Part shown: positions 1-13,905 of the stretch, piece by piece
How the letters are laid out: each line of letters starts with the position of its first letter
Numbering within the stretch: the stretch's first letter is position 1
Assembly: GCF_000150275.1 (NCBI RefSeq)
Contig: NW_002060946.1
Location: 8,043,555-8,107,554, forward strand
Origin: Trichoplax adhaerens
Lineage: Eukaryota > Animalia > Placozoa
DNA length: 64,000 nt
Direction: 5' to 3'
Notes under the pieces: generated by a model
Seen by the model: only the letters and a program-made list of their open reading frames with translations
Told to the model about the DNA's origin: nothing
Database searches by the model: none
Made by a program: the position numbers and the translations under genes

Positions 1-198
1 CTCCCATGTCGTTAGGCAAAAAGTTACAGCTGTATACAACTGCGATAATTATAATGCTTATACGTACAGTACATCGTACTGAACAATAATAATCATCTGC
101 TGACCACAAATCTTTATAAGGATATAATCAACCTTAGGATCGTAGCTTATTATCTTTGTCTCTTGCTAAAATGCTATGATATTGACGCTATTAATTAG

Positions 199-1622
199 AC
201 AACCTGGCCAAGGAAAGGTCGATGAAATCAAAGGACGCGACTTTCGTCGGGAATTGGAAGAAAAAGAACGAACTGCAACGCGAGATAAACAATCGACGAA
301 CAATCGTGATCGTATTTCCGCTCGATCTATCGGTTGGTCAATCATAAAAAGCTCTTCAGTATCATTCATTTAGACGTTAGGATAGCCGTAACGTTTTACC
401 AAGATAGATGCATTAATAAACATATTAGGAGTGTTAAAGATTGAATAAGATTCCTGTTTGTTCCATTCATATACGCATACATAGATATGCCACCGTCAAC
501 CAAGAAACCGCGATCAGAAGAGCATCAACCTACTATAGGTAAGACGTTAAGACAGTGTTAACATAAACTATCAATACTAGTATACTATAAATGCGGGTAT
601 TGTTACTCTTTCTTGTTAGAGGTATAACGCTTTGCTATAGACAGTAGTATCAAGCCATGTATTTATACATTGTATCATCTTTTCGAATAACCACGCAACT
701 AACTTTGTTTTTCTATTTCAAAATTCTTTATCAACAGCCGAATTAGATGCTGATGATGTATTTGATGATGATGATGATGATGATGTTGATGTAAGTATAC
801 CAACGTAAAGTATGTATTGTAATAGTACTTGTGAAGTAATAAAATGCCTCATTAAAAATACTAATCTTCACTTTCAACATTGTTTTAATACTTCAATTAT
901 CGGTAATCTTCTTATTATTGCTATACTCCAACTGATGCTCTAATTATAAAGGATGAAGATAGGTATGATACAAGAAAAAGCAAGAGTATATCTTATCCAA
1001 TATTTTCTCTAGCTATAGAAATTGAAACCTACAATAGTCTGCTACTTTGTCGGCCTAAAATTGATGCTTGCTATTGTAACTAATTAACTGTTATATACTA
1101 CAGTGAAGATGATACTGCGGAATTAATGGCCGAATTGAATAGAATAAAGCGGGAAAGAGCAGTAGAACAAAAAAAAGTAGAAGAAGAAAAGAAAGCCGAT
1201 GAAGAGAGAGTGCGTATGGAGAATGTTATGTCCGCAAACCCGTTATTGAATGAAAACAGTAATTTTTCGGTCAAACGAAGGTAATAAGATACTATCAATA
1301 ATCACGATATATGCTGTATCATATTGGTATACCATCTCTATTGTTGACACCTTGACCTAAAATTTGTCGTCTTTATGTAATATCATATGTAGATGGGATG
1401 ACGAAGTAGTATTTAAAAATTGTGCTCGTGGGGAGGAAGATGCCAGAAATAAGGTTTACTAACTGATATAACGATCTTAAAGTTTCATTATAATACGCTG
1501 ATATGAATTACTTCTGAATTATTTTTTATTGATAATGATTGTTGAAACAGGAAAAAAGTTTTATAAATGACACCCTAAGATCCGGTTTTCACAGAAGATT
1601 TATGGGCAAATATATCCGTTAA
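199..1622 (+). CDS. CWC15: Spliceosome-associated protein CWC15 (5'-truncated; first exon(s) upstream of the window)
   Basis: GT-AG exons 199-311, 485-538, 738-790, 952-962, 1104-1280, 1393-1453 and 1551-1622 join in frame. They give [65 protein letters not shown] and [20 protein letters not shown], all hallmark CWC15 blocks. Confidence 0.95.
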
Positions 1623-2966
1623 AAATTACCTCTAAATCAAGCTTAGGCGATCGCACAAATAAACAACCTTACCTTTTTACGTTATTATCATCGCTAAGTC
1701 AGCTAATATCGATTATATTCAACAAAGTGCATAATGATTAATTCAAATTCGTAGTTTGATTATGCAAGTTCGTAGTATATCGTCAGTACTTAGATTACTG
1801 ATTTCGTTATTATATATTAAGATAATTTACCTAGATAGTGTGTTTGTACGCGTACTCAGCTAATACCTACTGAAAACACTATCCTATAACTGGAAGAACG
1901 ATATGAACCTTTAGCAATAATGATTTCAGTTTGTTTCTAGAAATTTTGGTAAAATAAGCTATAATTTTTCTTGTATGTATTTTCTTAATGTATGATTTTA
2001 TGTACTCGTATACTGTACAGTATGAAATGTGTGACCAGCACTACGTGTTGTACTTCCACTGTCAGCTTGTTTAACTAATTACCGAGAAAGTTATCTTGTG
2101 TAATGTTTTCAGCAACTCACTTTAAGGTTGCTATTTAAAACGAACAATAAAATTATTGTAGTACAATCTCATTGAATGAATAAGTCGAAGAAATGATTCT
2201 GCTAGGATCGTTGACTGCTAATGTGCAAAGTTAATGGGAGAATATGTAACATTGATGTCTTAAATCAACTTTGTTGTAACCTTCTCTTAGCAACAATGCT
2301 GCTAATGTAAGTACTATAAGGTGCACTTTGATGTTAGGTAATGGTGTTACTATAACACTGTATTCTAGTATCTTATTTCCTCTTGGTCGAAATTTTAGCA
2401 CGTAGAATTACGTACGATGAATATATATTATTCGTGCATCACCACACTTCGAAATAGTCGATAAGTGTTGAATGTTCTCAACGCTGCATCATACTTGAGG
2501 TATAAAGTGCGGATCGATTTTCTAATGTGAAAGTTATATCCCGACAAAATTTTTTGTCTGCTAGGACAATGCCAGAGTACGGACATTTATTATACCAAAT
2601 ATCTTTGAGCGACACTATTTGTAGTAGCTTAGTAAAAAAATCGCAATAATAAACAAGATTGTATATTAAGGCAAATTATTCAGGAAAAACGATATCCATT
2701 ATTAACTTCACTTGTGATATACATACAAAACAAATTTATAGATACATAACTATATTGTCCATCTATTGAACCAAATTTTGGTAATATATTGATTTAAAAT
2801 GAGGTTTTCTAAACGTACATAAAATCTTAAGGTTCCATTGGATTAGCAAGTGATTAAATTCTCGAATTAACATTTGATAGAGCATCTTTTCTAGTATAAG
2901 ATGAAAAGTTGAATCAGCTGGAGACATTCCTAGCAAAAGAATTACAAGTAGATACCACCACCGTCT

Positions 2967-5900
2967 TCATTTATTATATCTTCCTTCATACTAGGACTGC
3001 AGCAATCATCGTATGCTTTCGTGACATTAACGGGTAGCTTGTAAATATTATAGAATTTAGCTTATTTAGCAAGTTTACCAACAGAGTCATCTCTATTCAA
3101 ACAGTTTACAGTAAAATCCATTATCAAAACAATGCTTACTTGATACGACTTTTGATATGCGTTTGTAAAAATTTCGGCTCCATTGATACAGCTCGATAAT
3201 GATCCCAAACTATCCTGCTTTCCATTTGAAAGGTTACAGAGAGATGCATCATTTAGTTCCTGTGTTAAAGACGATAAGCAGCTTTCTGTGAGTTTAATGA
3301 TAGGTATATGCTTTTGATGGAGAAGCTAGTACATCCTTTACAATAAGATAAAGCGAAGCTGAGGAGAGATAGTTAACATGAGACTATTTTTATCCATTAA
3401 AATCTGATTTATAATTGCTTTGGATTTAAGTAAATAAATATACACAATTATAAATTTTAAGCCATAAGCTGGCATGGAATTTCCAAGCCAATTCATACAC
3501 TAGTATAAGCGTATTATAAAGATTCCTAGTTGACATATTACCATATCCGAATCTTGGCCCTCTGAATTACTCTGCTGCGAACATTGAAAACTTTGAGCTA
3601 TTATCGATCCTATGTAACCGTATTTTTCTTGCATCGTATAAAGAGACTCATCCAACATGCGGATTACAGGGGCGATAGTTTGCTATTACGTTAATATAAT
3701 CAATTACCGCAGATAATGATTTTATAAAGAATCTACTGTACCCTAGCAAAGAACATTCCGTAATTAAAATATAAAGACAACTAACCAATATCAACTCTTT
3801 TAATTTTTTCGCAATTACGCCATTACTACCAGTTGCGTCCCTCAAAGAATTTTCAACTGCATTACTCCATTCCTTCAATACCGGTAAGATGGCTTGCTCC
3901 AATCCCTATCGATTTCATTAACAGTGTATAAGGTACGTATAGTAACATCATTTCTGTGAAATAAAAATTTTATGTACATTATCGTTGCACAGTCTTGCGA
4001 TAAGATTAAAAGCTCCATAATGCGATTGAAGTGGCATTGGTTGATTTTGTAAGGCCTATCGAATAAAATAAAGTACAAGAAATACAACAAACAATCGATA
4101 AAATCGGATAACGAAACAAAATGAGACATTCGTACGTCAACTATGATCTTGGTAATTCTCGATTGGACATTATTCACGCTCGAGTTATAAACTTTATTCC
4201 TTTTTCAAATACAAAATACGTCAATAACATAACGCCAAACACAAATTATTCTTCTATTATCGCATACTAGATTCCTAAATCAAGTTTTACATTACCTACA
4301 AATCTTAACTATTATTGATGAAGCTAACTGTTGAACAACAAATCTAGCGTCCACGTCTCTGACAGGCACTTGTTTATTGATTATACAACTCAATACAACT
4401 GGTATTAATTCGTGCAACTGCAAAGAGTGTTAATATGATCAATTAAAATTTTCAAATACGCTAAATATAAATCGAAATTTACTGTAAGTGCAATGGTGTA
4501 TAGTATACGCACATATTTTTCCAAACGAAGTGTTTCATTTCGAAGAAGTGAATCCATTAGACGCAAAAGATATATGATAACAGTGCTTTCCATTCGGTGA
4601 ATATTGGTCCGTATCTATCAAATCGCATATATCATTTAATTCCCTCTTCAATGCTGAAACTTTAAATTACAGCTTATAAGTAAATGGTTCCGTTACCCCT
4701 TCTGTGATGAACTTGCTAAAGTACGGCAACATCTGATCGAGACCAGGATCATGCCGCAAGCATTCTAAGGCTCTCTACGACATTGAATTTAAATAGAAGT
4801 AAGCATTAAGGTCAAGCATCTTAGATCAGATTGAAATGCCTGCATTTTTGGCAAAACTAGAAGTGGTTTATTACCTTTCTCAACTGTTCACAATCGCTGA
4901 CGCAGGCCTCCGTGATTTCTCTAAAAAAGATTTGCTGTTCCTGTTATGGAAAGATTGTCTCAGAGGTTAATAATTTGTAGGTATACTGAATATATTGCAA
5001 TGGCAACATTGTACAAAAGCAAACACATTCATCACAAAATGATACATTCAATCGGATTCTTCCATTAGCTCACCAATGACAATTCGTGGCTGCTTAGCGG
5101 CTTTATAAATGCTACATTGGCGTGTTGTTTTACTTTATCTTTAGGGATTTTTTTGTTGTTGTTCAATTTGTCATTACATTGAACTAAAGGGATGCAAGGA
5201 GGGATCACTTTGGGAATGAAATCATCTACGAAAGCATCTTGAGACATTCTCTTAAATTTGCGTAATATTTCTGTAAAACAAATATGTACACTTATTGATT
5301 TCGTCAATTTTTACGTTCCTATTTTCATGCAGGTAAAGAATAGTATATTCAACCGGCTCATCAATATTAAGATACCTAAAGTTTAAAATATTTATCATTA
5401 CCAGGATCAGGGTTTTCTTGAATTAGCGGCTGAGTACCTTCAACGCTTAACCAATGCGCTATCAAGCATCAACAGTAATTACTGTTAGTAAAATATCTCC
5501 TATACTGCTAATATTATTATACGTTAATTTCGGCGTAGTCGATCGCGAAATCGATGCTGTATTATACTGTACATGTGATATGAACTATCTCGTATATGCG
5601 ATAATCCCATCAAAACTAGCGATTTTTCTGGCTGACGAATTGCTAGAAATCAGGTAATCGTAGCGAAATATTAAGTAAGTATAAACGAACCTATCTAGAG
5701 TTACAATTCTGCGGCTAAACAATCATGATACCTAGTAACAACATGCACATGGGATTTACTTCCGACCATATTAGCAACTGGTCTTCCAGATTCACGATTT
5801 CTAATCAAATGTAACTTCGCGTTGATCTCAAAATTTGCGTGGAAGCACAGACTAATAATATTTTTTGCATTAATCAAACTATTCAGGATACATAATTACA

Positions 5901-7353
5901 ATTTTTGAAGCATTGGCCTTGATGCCATCCTATCACTCTAGTCTTAAGATGAGGCCTTAGTCAAGGCCCTACTAGACGAAGTTGATCTTCTTCTAGCAGT
6001 TTACATCTAAGTCTATCATTACTAATTAGGACACAATTCTAACTTCATCATTTAACTTGATAATGATCAACTTACTTGATCCATTCACGCTCACATACTT
6101 GTATATTGCAAGGCAATCATTAATTAATTCTATTTAACCATGATTATTATACTATTATTACGCAATGTTAAATGATCATGAGCTTACATCGTACGTAAGA
6201 GTCTATTGGTACTTGAGGAACTTGTAGTGATTCTAAGAATTCGGTTAAATTTAATTCTTCATCAGGCTGGAAATGTAATCTTCTGCCTTGACCACTTGCA
6301 TAACGAAAAGGTACGAAATCGCGAGAGGTAAAGCCGTACAGAGGCTGAAAGATACAATTTTATCAAGCAAAAAATGAGTCAACAAACAAATATCAATAAT
6401 TCCATTTCCCTTTAAAGCCGTTTAGCTGGCTATCAACAACTGGTAGATGGTGAAATTTCATGTCCAATTTTACGGCTGTAGTATCATCACTCATACCTCT
6501 CTATTTCTTAGCTTTAAAGCCAAATCAATGTCATCAGGAGTTAGTTTACTGCGTCTGCTGTGGCGCATGAATTTCATGCTATCCTATAATTAATTGCAAT
6601 TGCCAGTTGAAATTAGCGCAACAAAAGATTGAGAAAGTTCTATTCTGCATTGCAACATGTGATTTCCACTCCAGGAAAAGAGTGCCCACTAGTTAAGCTG
6701 TAATCAGGAGCGAATATACAGCAAGACCTGATTACTGTACATATTGTCTCAGTAGATTATGTAAGGCTATCGAAAGGACAAGAGATAGGTAGTCTATAGC
6801 GCTAAGAATCCTCTTTCTTGTAGAACGAGAAATCTCGATTTCCTAACGTTCTCACTAAAAGGCAGAAAAATTCATCCATGAGCTCGTATCTATGATGCAG
6901 TGAATCGTAGTCTCTCTTCTAAATTGTAGCCTTAGTACAGTAGATGCAACTACTAAAGTATAATTTTTACTTCTAGATACTTTACTCTACTTGACAAGAA
7001 AAGATAATTAATTTGAGAAAAAAATAGGAGAATTATAACGACAGAGATTGGAACTCGAATAAAATGCAACGTTTCTTGCGCGTATGCTGTTTGCACTAAG
7101 GACTGTCATGCTCAGGTAAATCAAGCTATTGCATATAATCCTCGAGCTCTCCATTGCATGACAGACAAGTCCAAAATAGGCGTTGAAAAGAGTTCATTTT
7201 ACAGACATGGACAACCTGGATAATTGCCTTTAAATTGGCGCTAACTTCGTCAGCTATAACTTGATAACAATCATCCTCTATTGGCATTACTCCACAACTC
7301 TCAGCGATGGCTTGTACGGATTGTTTGGAAAAGCTGCTGTTGATTTCGGACAT
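2967..7353 (-). CDS. TAF6: Transcription initiation factor TFIID subunit 6 (about 15 exons; terminal exon and stop uncertain, ~2900-2990)
   Basis: The N-terminal H4-like histone fold reads SVQAIAESCGV...IIQ|DSMKFMRHSRRSKLTPDDIDLALK, followed by PLYGF, HWLSVEGTQPLIQENP, HELSL|EQQIFFREITEAC and ALECLRHDPGLDQMLPYF. First exons are 7353-7216, 6583-6497, 6344-6188 and 5458-5402. Confidence 0.93.
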
Positions 7354-8293
7354 ATTGGCTGACTAAAATGGACGTTAAACACCTTTTAAATTCACAACGC
7401 GGATTGGTTAACTTGGATTGATTGTAGCGTAGTGATTTCAACTAATTCTTTATCACGATAGAGTTGCTAAGAAGGATTTCTAGCCGACAGTAGGGCGGAT
7501 TCATTGAGATACATTGCACCATGGAAAAAGTAGCGAGAAACTAAAATATCTCCATGTGCTGATGATGCGATCGTACTATACTCGCTACTGTACTGTTAAC
7601 TCTTGACTAGTACAGTATACCGTTATATGGATAGTTTACAGTATATCGCATGGCGAGAATAAATAGTTTAGTAAGCTGGACTAGCTCGATATAAACAACT
7701 TGCACCTGCTTCGGAATATTTAACTGTCAAATATTAGAGAAAAATTCAAATTATCTGAAGTCTTTGCACTTATTTAGTGATGCTTCAAAATAATCGTTAG
7801 GGCTAGTGATAATATTTCACTATTTTATCTTAGTTTTATAATGGTAGAGGTTGTTCTAGGGAACATTGCCTTCATAAACATGTCCATCTTCCCCTTCGTT
7901 AAAATCTTGGAGAAGCTTAAAATTACCAAAATTGGCCAACTATTCTGGAGAAGAAAGTCTCTATTAACTACGAGTAGAATAATTTAGAATACGCATTAAT
8001 TACAATTATTATAGCCGTACATGAAATTTCCGAATTACCATGCACAAACCTACATTCAATTATAAAATACCTTTCCTATCTATCTAGATCTAGTATAACC
8101 TTTTCAGGGTACTTCAAACAGGAAACTATCGCACTGTGGCGAGTAAATTCAAATTATTTCATTTAAGTATTGACATGGTAATGAATCTGAACTGACAGTT
8201 TTGATGCCAACAGATTTCATTAGTTTACATCTTGCAAGTCTTAACGTGATCAAGTAACGTGTAGGTTTTCAATCTGCTTGATTGCTTGCGAAA

Positions 8294-8820
8294 TCAAACC
8301 AGTTATTTGACTAGGATATTTTGATGCTAGCAATAATAAAATTATCTTAATCTTGTTAGAATATCATTATCTTGATGAGTTCTCATCAGGCTAGATAGTT
8401 TCATCGTTAGTCTTAGGATTTTATTTAATTTAATTTTACTTATGCATATGCCTAGTTTTCATTTCTCATGCTCATGCCTCAGTTGAATCATCCAACATAT
8501 CGATTTAGTTGACGACATTATCAAACCAGTTATTTCTAATAGGATGTTTTAGCACTAGGCATAAAATTAACTATCGTGTTAAAACATCATTATCTTGAGG
8601 AGTTCTCCTAAAAGCTTCTTGTTATACTGAATATTAATCGTTCATTTTTATGATTACATTGAATTAATTTGACCACAGTTATTCACCATTTCTCAAGCCT
8701 TAAATTAATCTACCAATGTGTAGGTTTAACTGATAGCAGAATGAGTCCAGTTTCACTGTGATGTTTTAGTGCTAGCATTAAAATAATAACTATCTTAGCT
8801 TGGTTAGTGGATTATCAACT
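8294..8820. repeat. Degenerate tandem repeat, about 3 copies, period ~227 bp
   Basis: The block tcaaaccagttatt...ggat.tttt...gctagca.taa..aa.tatc...atcattatcttga.gagttctc recurs at ~8294 and ~8521, with a more diverged copy at ~8746. Confidence 0.7.
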
Positions 8821-9805
8821 TAAAGCTAGTGATATAACCAATAAAAGCAGCATTAATCTGCCATCACCCGTGAAAATAGAAACTCAAACAAGTTGAAAAA
8901 AGCTGCTTTACTCGTACAGTTTGCTCCTGGCTGCTATTTGGACAATGGTGCACGATGTATTCGGTATGACAATATTCACTTGGTCAGTAGTGAATGGGCT
9001 TTATATATTAAGCTATAAGAACTAATTCACCAGCTACTGTATAAATCGTTATAGTTAAATATTGCAGACAAGTGATTTTTAGTTTAAAATAGATTAGATA
9101 TCTTGTCAGTTGCAGTTTAAGTTGTAACGGTAGCTTTTATTACATATTTTACATTACCAATACTACTAGCCTTTTAATGACAGCAATATCAAAGGTAGAG
9201 TAGTATATCATAAAAGTTTCAATTTCATTTTAACTTTCATGACGTACTACGATCCTGTACATTAATATTTTCAACACAACAAAGTGCGAAATTCATTTTT
9301 ACAGCATCGTTTAGAAACATTCAATCCTTGAATTCAAGGCGTAGTCATAAACTCAAAAGAATCATTGATTAGATTTGGTACTATCTTATTTTTAGATAAA
9401 ATTCATACTCTGACATATACATCATAAACAAATATTGCGACGCTTAAATAGTCATTACATTAAGTATTCATTATATGACAATGTTTAAGCAGTTCTATCG
9501 GTGATTATTTCACAGAGAACTCAAATATTATTTAATAGGCGAGATTCAATCATTCAGTTCAGAACAGAATTGCTACTTTAATCTACTATGAGCAGGTCAG
9601 TAGGCCAAAAGTGTAAGCGATCCAATAACATTCAATGCTATACATAGAATCTTTCGAACATTGTTCATTTGTCATATACTGCAAGTAAATTTGATTCATT
9701 GATAGATTTACTACGCTACGCATATGTCAAATTTAATAGCAGAATTACAAATACTGTACTATGAATATAGCCATGATATAGCAATCGCAAGTAAATCACT
9801 TAATA

Positions 9806-12278
9806 TTACGAAATTTTCTCATCATGTGCATCGTTTTCATCCCTTTCACTATTGAGGTTACTATCAGGCGACCAAGTCGATGAGGATATCATTGAAGGTG
9901 AAGAAGTAGGTAAAGCTAATGGGGATATCGTTGCGTTAGGCGATGGATAAACAAATGAGTAGCCCTGATGGATTGCAGGAACGCTTGAGAAGAATGTATG
10001 ATCATCTTGCGGACTCCCAGGAGACATTCTAGCGAGACGTTTTGTTGGACCACAATCCATATCTATATCAAAATCTTCTCCTATATGCCATAAAACACGA
10101 ATAGTATCCGATTATGATACAAGTATGAACTACAGTTATATTCAAGTGTTTAGCAACTTTGGATAATTTACCTTTACGCTTGTTGCTATTAGACGAACCC
10201 ACTGTAATAGGGCTGGAGCTCTTACGAGTGCTGCCGCGGAGAGGAAAATACGGAGTAAATTTTATCGTACGATTTTTAGATAGAAAGCTATTTTATGATT
10301 ACCTGTAACAATATTAGCGAGATATTTGCTATATGTAGTGCACTAAAGGCTAGAGAAAACAATATACACTATACATTGTTGGGATATCTATTTGCTCACT
10401 TGGGTAACTTACAGGAATATTTTACGCCAAGTTGGACTAGATGTTGAACCTCTGCTATCTATCCCTAATACATTTGGTCTGGATATAGTCATAGTTTCCT
10501 CCTGTAACACATATTTGTTACATTTAAGGACAAATTTTTTACAACAACCTTATTAAAATCAGTTTCAGCTCTCTCTTACTAAATATGTGTTGCAGTAGAA
10601 ATGTGATCAAGTAATTTTAGTGCAATGATGTATCATCATACTAACTTGGCTTAAAGTTAAAGGCGACGTGGAGTCGGTGCTATCATTGTCTTTTTTAACA
10701 TCATCCTATAAAAGTAAATAGATTGAGTAACACTTAATAATCCAATCGTTATTGTTATTATCAAAATTGAGTTATTAATATATGCGTACGTACAATGGAA
10801 AAATCACTCCAGCGTCTATGTAGTAAAAGTTGGCTTGTGGTTTGGCTATGGTTTATCACACTTAATTAGTATCTGAAAAATAGCCTACTAAAGTGCCAGT
10901 AGCTTATTGAAAAGTAAATATAAATACCTTTCATGTGCTACTTCCTTATCAATACTGTTGGTGATTTCTTCCTAAATGAAGATCAAAAGTGTATATTGTA
11001 CAATAAGTATACTACCAAAGATGACGTCAAAAAATCGATCCTATTTCGTTCATGGTGGTTGCCACTCTAAGGTAAAATTATTCTTAAATAGGTATACATT
11101 CACTATCTTACCCTTTTAATTTGGTGTATTCGTGGTGAAAACCTTCCAGAAGGCTAGGAGAACAAAGAGCAATCAATTAGTGCATGGAAATACTGATGTT
11201 TCTCGTTGGTACGTACTATATTGCGTTTACAATTTAACTTTGTGAGGCATACAGTCGTTAAGTTGATGATCATGATAAAACGAGCTATGCAAACAAAAGC
11301 AATATACAGTATCAATCTAAATAAGGCTGATCGAGAATGGTAGGGCATTGTTATCGTCAAGTGTAGTAGGATCTTGAGGGAGATTTCTAAATGTAATAAT
11401 CTGACTAAAAAACTATCGGTAGTGTTTTCTCTAGTCAGTAATGAATGGGCCAATGCAGTTTATAACCTAACATTGATGACTTACAGTTCTTTAGCCCCCG
11501 AATTCAATTTTGATGTATGTACAGTATATCAATCGAATCTGAGTACTGTCTTTCAGAGACATTCCAGTAAATGGCTGTTAAGTGGCTTATAATCTTACAG
11601 TATAGAGAGGAAATTATTTTTGTGGCAATGAAACTCACCTTCTTGTAGTTGCTCTTTTTCTACATTTTTACATCTTCATCGTACAGTTTTACTGATATTC
11701 TATTACTATTCCTTACTTATTCTACGCTTATGCACAAAACTACACGTTTATCTTGAGCGTAGTGAATCCCGAGATGCATCTATCGATACTGCATACTCGC
11801 TTGTAAATATCTCAGTATTAGCATACTATGAAGCTATCAACAATTGGACAATCAGTCAGAATAAACCAATTATATTATCAATTTATGATCCTGGTAGTAG
11901 TAGGTAAAATATGATATAATGTACTGTAGGATTGAAGATTTCGGTTAACTTCATGTGATACTCCAATACAGCAATTGCAATACTTGTTATTATAATCGTT
12001 GAATAGTATAACGGTCATACTTGTATAACCAGTAATTAATAATCTACTTGTAGAATAGAAAATTTCAATTTTCTTCAACTAACCCTGCGAGGTTCATGCG
12101 AGATTGTGCTATTGGAATTAAAAGAGGAGAAACCAGCCTGATTGTATGATGATGAGGCACGTCGAGCATCCAAATTACTATCGAAAAATTTATCATGACC
12201 TTGGCGGCAATTGGTATTAAGCATAGGAGCCGAATAAGTTCGTCTGAGATTACTTGATCGATTGTCGTCGTCATCCAT
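9806..12278 (-). CDS. FAM122A: FAM122/PABIR family protein (PP2A-B55 inhibitor-like)
   Basis: Exons are 12278-12084, 11153-11112, 10971-10928, ~10845-10794, ~10705-10646, ~10501-10413, ~10287-10172 and 10080-9806. They encode LRRTYSAPML (human LRRSNSAPLI), PRIHQIKR|EEITNSIDKEVAHE (human RLHQIKQEEGMDLINRETVHERE), SPT, RKSSSPI and KRK...PTKR. Confidence 0.85.
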
Positions 12279-13426
12279 CTCTATTACGTGATGGAATTGT
12301 AGTGGTTTCAATAGGATTGTGAAAGCACTGGGCTAATGCAGTCAATATTAATCTTTGTTCTACAGAAAATGTAACAACTGTCTACTTTCGCTTTCCAGTC
12401 GTAGGATATACGTGGTTGCTACTTTTATTTCTTTCTCTCTACCAGTAAGCCGTTTAATGATTCAATTCCCCAATGATTGTAGACTATTGACGTTGAATGC
12501 TTCAACAGCATGGAGGCTCTCTCGGTTTTAACACTTTATTATTGCTAAGCTTTTTATTGTACGAGTGTCACCTAGCGATCTTGGCAAAACAAGTTATGGT
12601 AGAACAAAGAATGTTCGGCACGACGATGACTATGGAAACTCCAGCCTATTGATAGGTGATGACGATGAATCCAGTAGGACTAATTTGTCCAGTCTACATC
12701 TACGGTAGAACCCAATAGCGTCCTCCCACCCCCCAAAAAAGTAATTTTGGAGGTTTTGTTGATTGGCTAGAGTACAGTAGAACAAAGTGGGAGATTGCAG
12801 TTGTAGCAATATCTTGTCAACAAAGAGCTTTATTCAAGATGGCTACGACGATCATGCAATCGGTGTGAATTGATCGATTGGCTCCCTGTCAAAATTGCTG
12901 GCGTTGTGGGCAAGTTAATCCACAACCAACGAATGAAAAGATTGAATGGGAGCTTATCAATGGATAATATCGCTGCCTTGGGTGGAGAAAAAGCGTGAAA
13001 ATTGCTAGACTGTGATTTTTTTTTTTATACAATATGTCCGGACGTTGAGTATCCTATGGATGAGTGAAATGGAGATGAGCTTTTGACGGCGCATACAAGC
13101 GTCAATGAATAATAAGACAGTATAGGAATGGACTGAAATGACGACACAGTATGCAAAGAATGAATCTCTCCTTTTAATTGCAGTCGATCAATCCAATGAC
13201 TTGAGATGGCTTAATAGACTCAATTTCTTGATTGTACGGATCTCTAGCGTTATTATTTTCGATCGATCTTGTCAGACTGCTCAACTTGAGTTAGCCAAAT
13301 GTATCCATTGCATTGATTGTTTGGCCCACAGGGAAAGCATCAAGGTAAAATGACCATGCCATCATCGATATCAAATGAATTGAAGGCGAGTTACTGTTGA
13401 GTTTTGGTTGCTGGCCAGTAATTTCT

Positions 13427-13905
13427 TTTGGCTTTTTAGTCGCCGTCTGGTCTCGTCTCCGGAGTACAGTGTACAGTGTACGTTTACAATGTACAGTGCA
13501 TAGTACTGTACAGACCTTCCATCAAGGACTACCGAAAGAAAACCGATTGGAGCTTTAGGATGGTTAGGTTTGGATAGTGATATCCAGTGATAGTGATAGA
13601 ATGTCCAGTACTTTCCGGGTTCCGATAGTGATATCCAGTGATAGTGATAGGATTTCCATTACTTTCCTTAACCTTTGGCTTTTCATTCGCCGTCAGGTCT
13701 CGTCTCCATTATACAGTGTACAGTGCACAGTACTGTAGAGACCTTTCATCATACTGTACTGTACAGTACTGTACACTGTAGTTCTGTTTCCAAAATGTAC
13801 AGTACAGTACAACACAAGTGGAGACTACAGTACTGTACAGTACTGTACGGTACAGTACCTCTACACTATACAGTACTGTACAGTACAGTATTGTACTGTA
13901 CAGCT
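13427..13905. repeat. Composite repeat: two ~80-95 bp direct repeats, two internal ~44-bp repeats and a palindromic TACTGTACAGTA array
   Basis: tttggctttt..tcgccgtc.ggtctcgtctcc...tacagtgtacagtg...agtactgta.agacctt.catca occurs at ~13427-13523 and ~13674-13751. gatagtgatatccagtgatagtgatag...tcca.tactttcc occurs at ~13573 and ~13624. A dense TACTG/CAGTA array spans 13751-13905. Confidence 0.85.

Noticed and set aside
11639-11835. Exon-like segment with a strong gtgag donor inside FAM122 intron 1
   Set aside because: Frames read from the plausible upstream acceptors hit stops, and exon 1 splices in frame directly to 11153. It could be a poison exon, but this is unsupported without RNA data.
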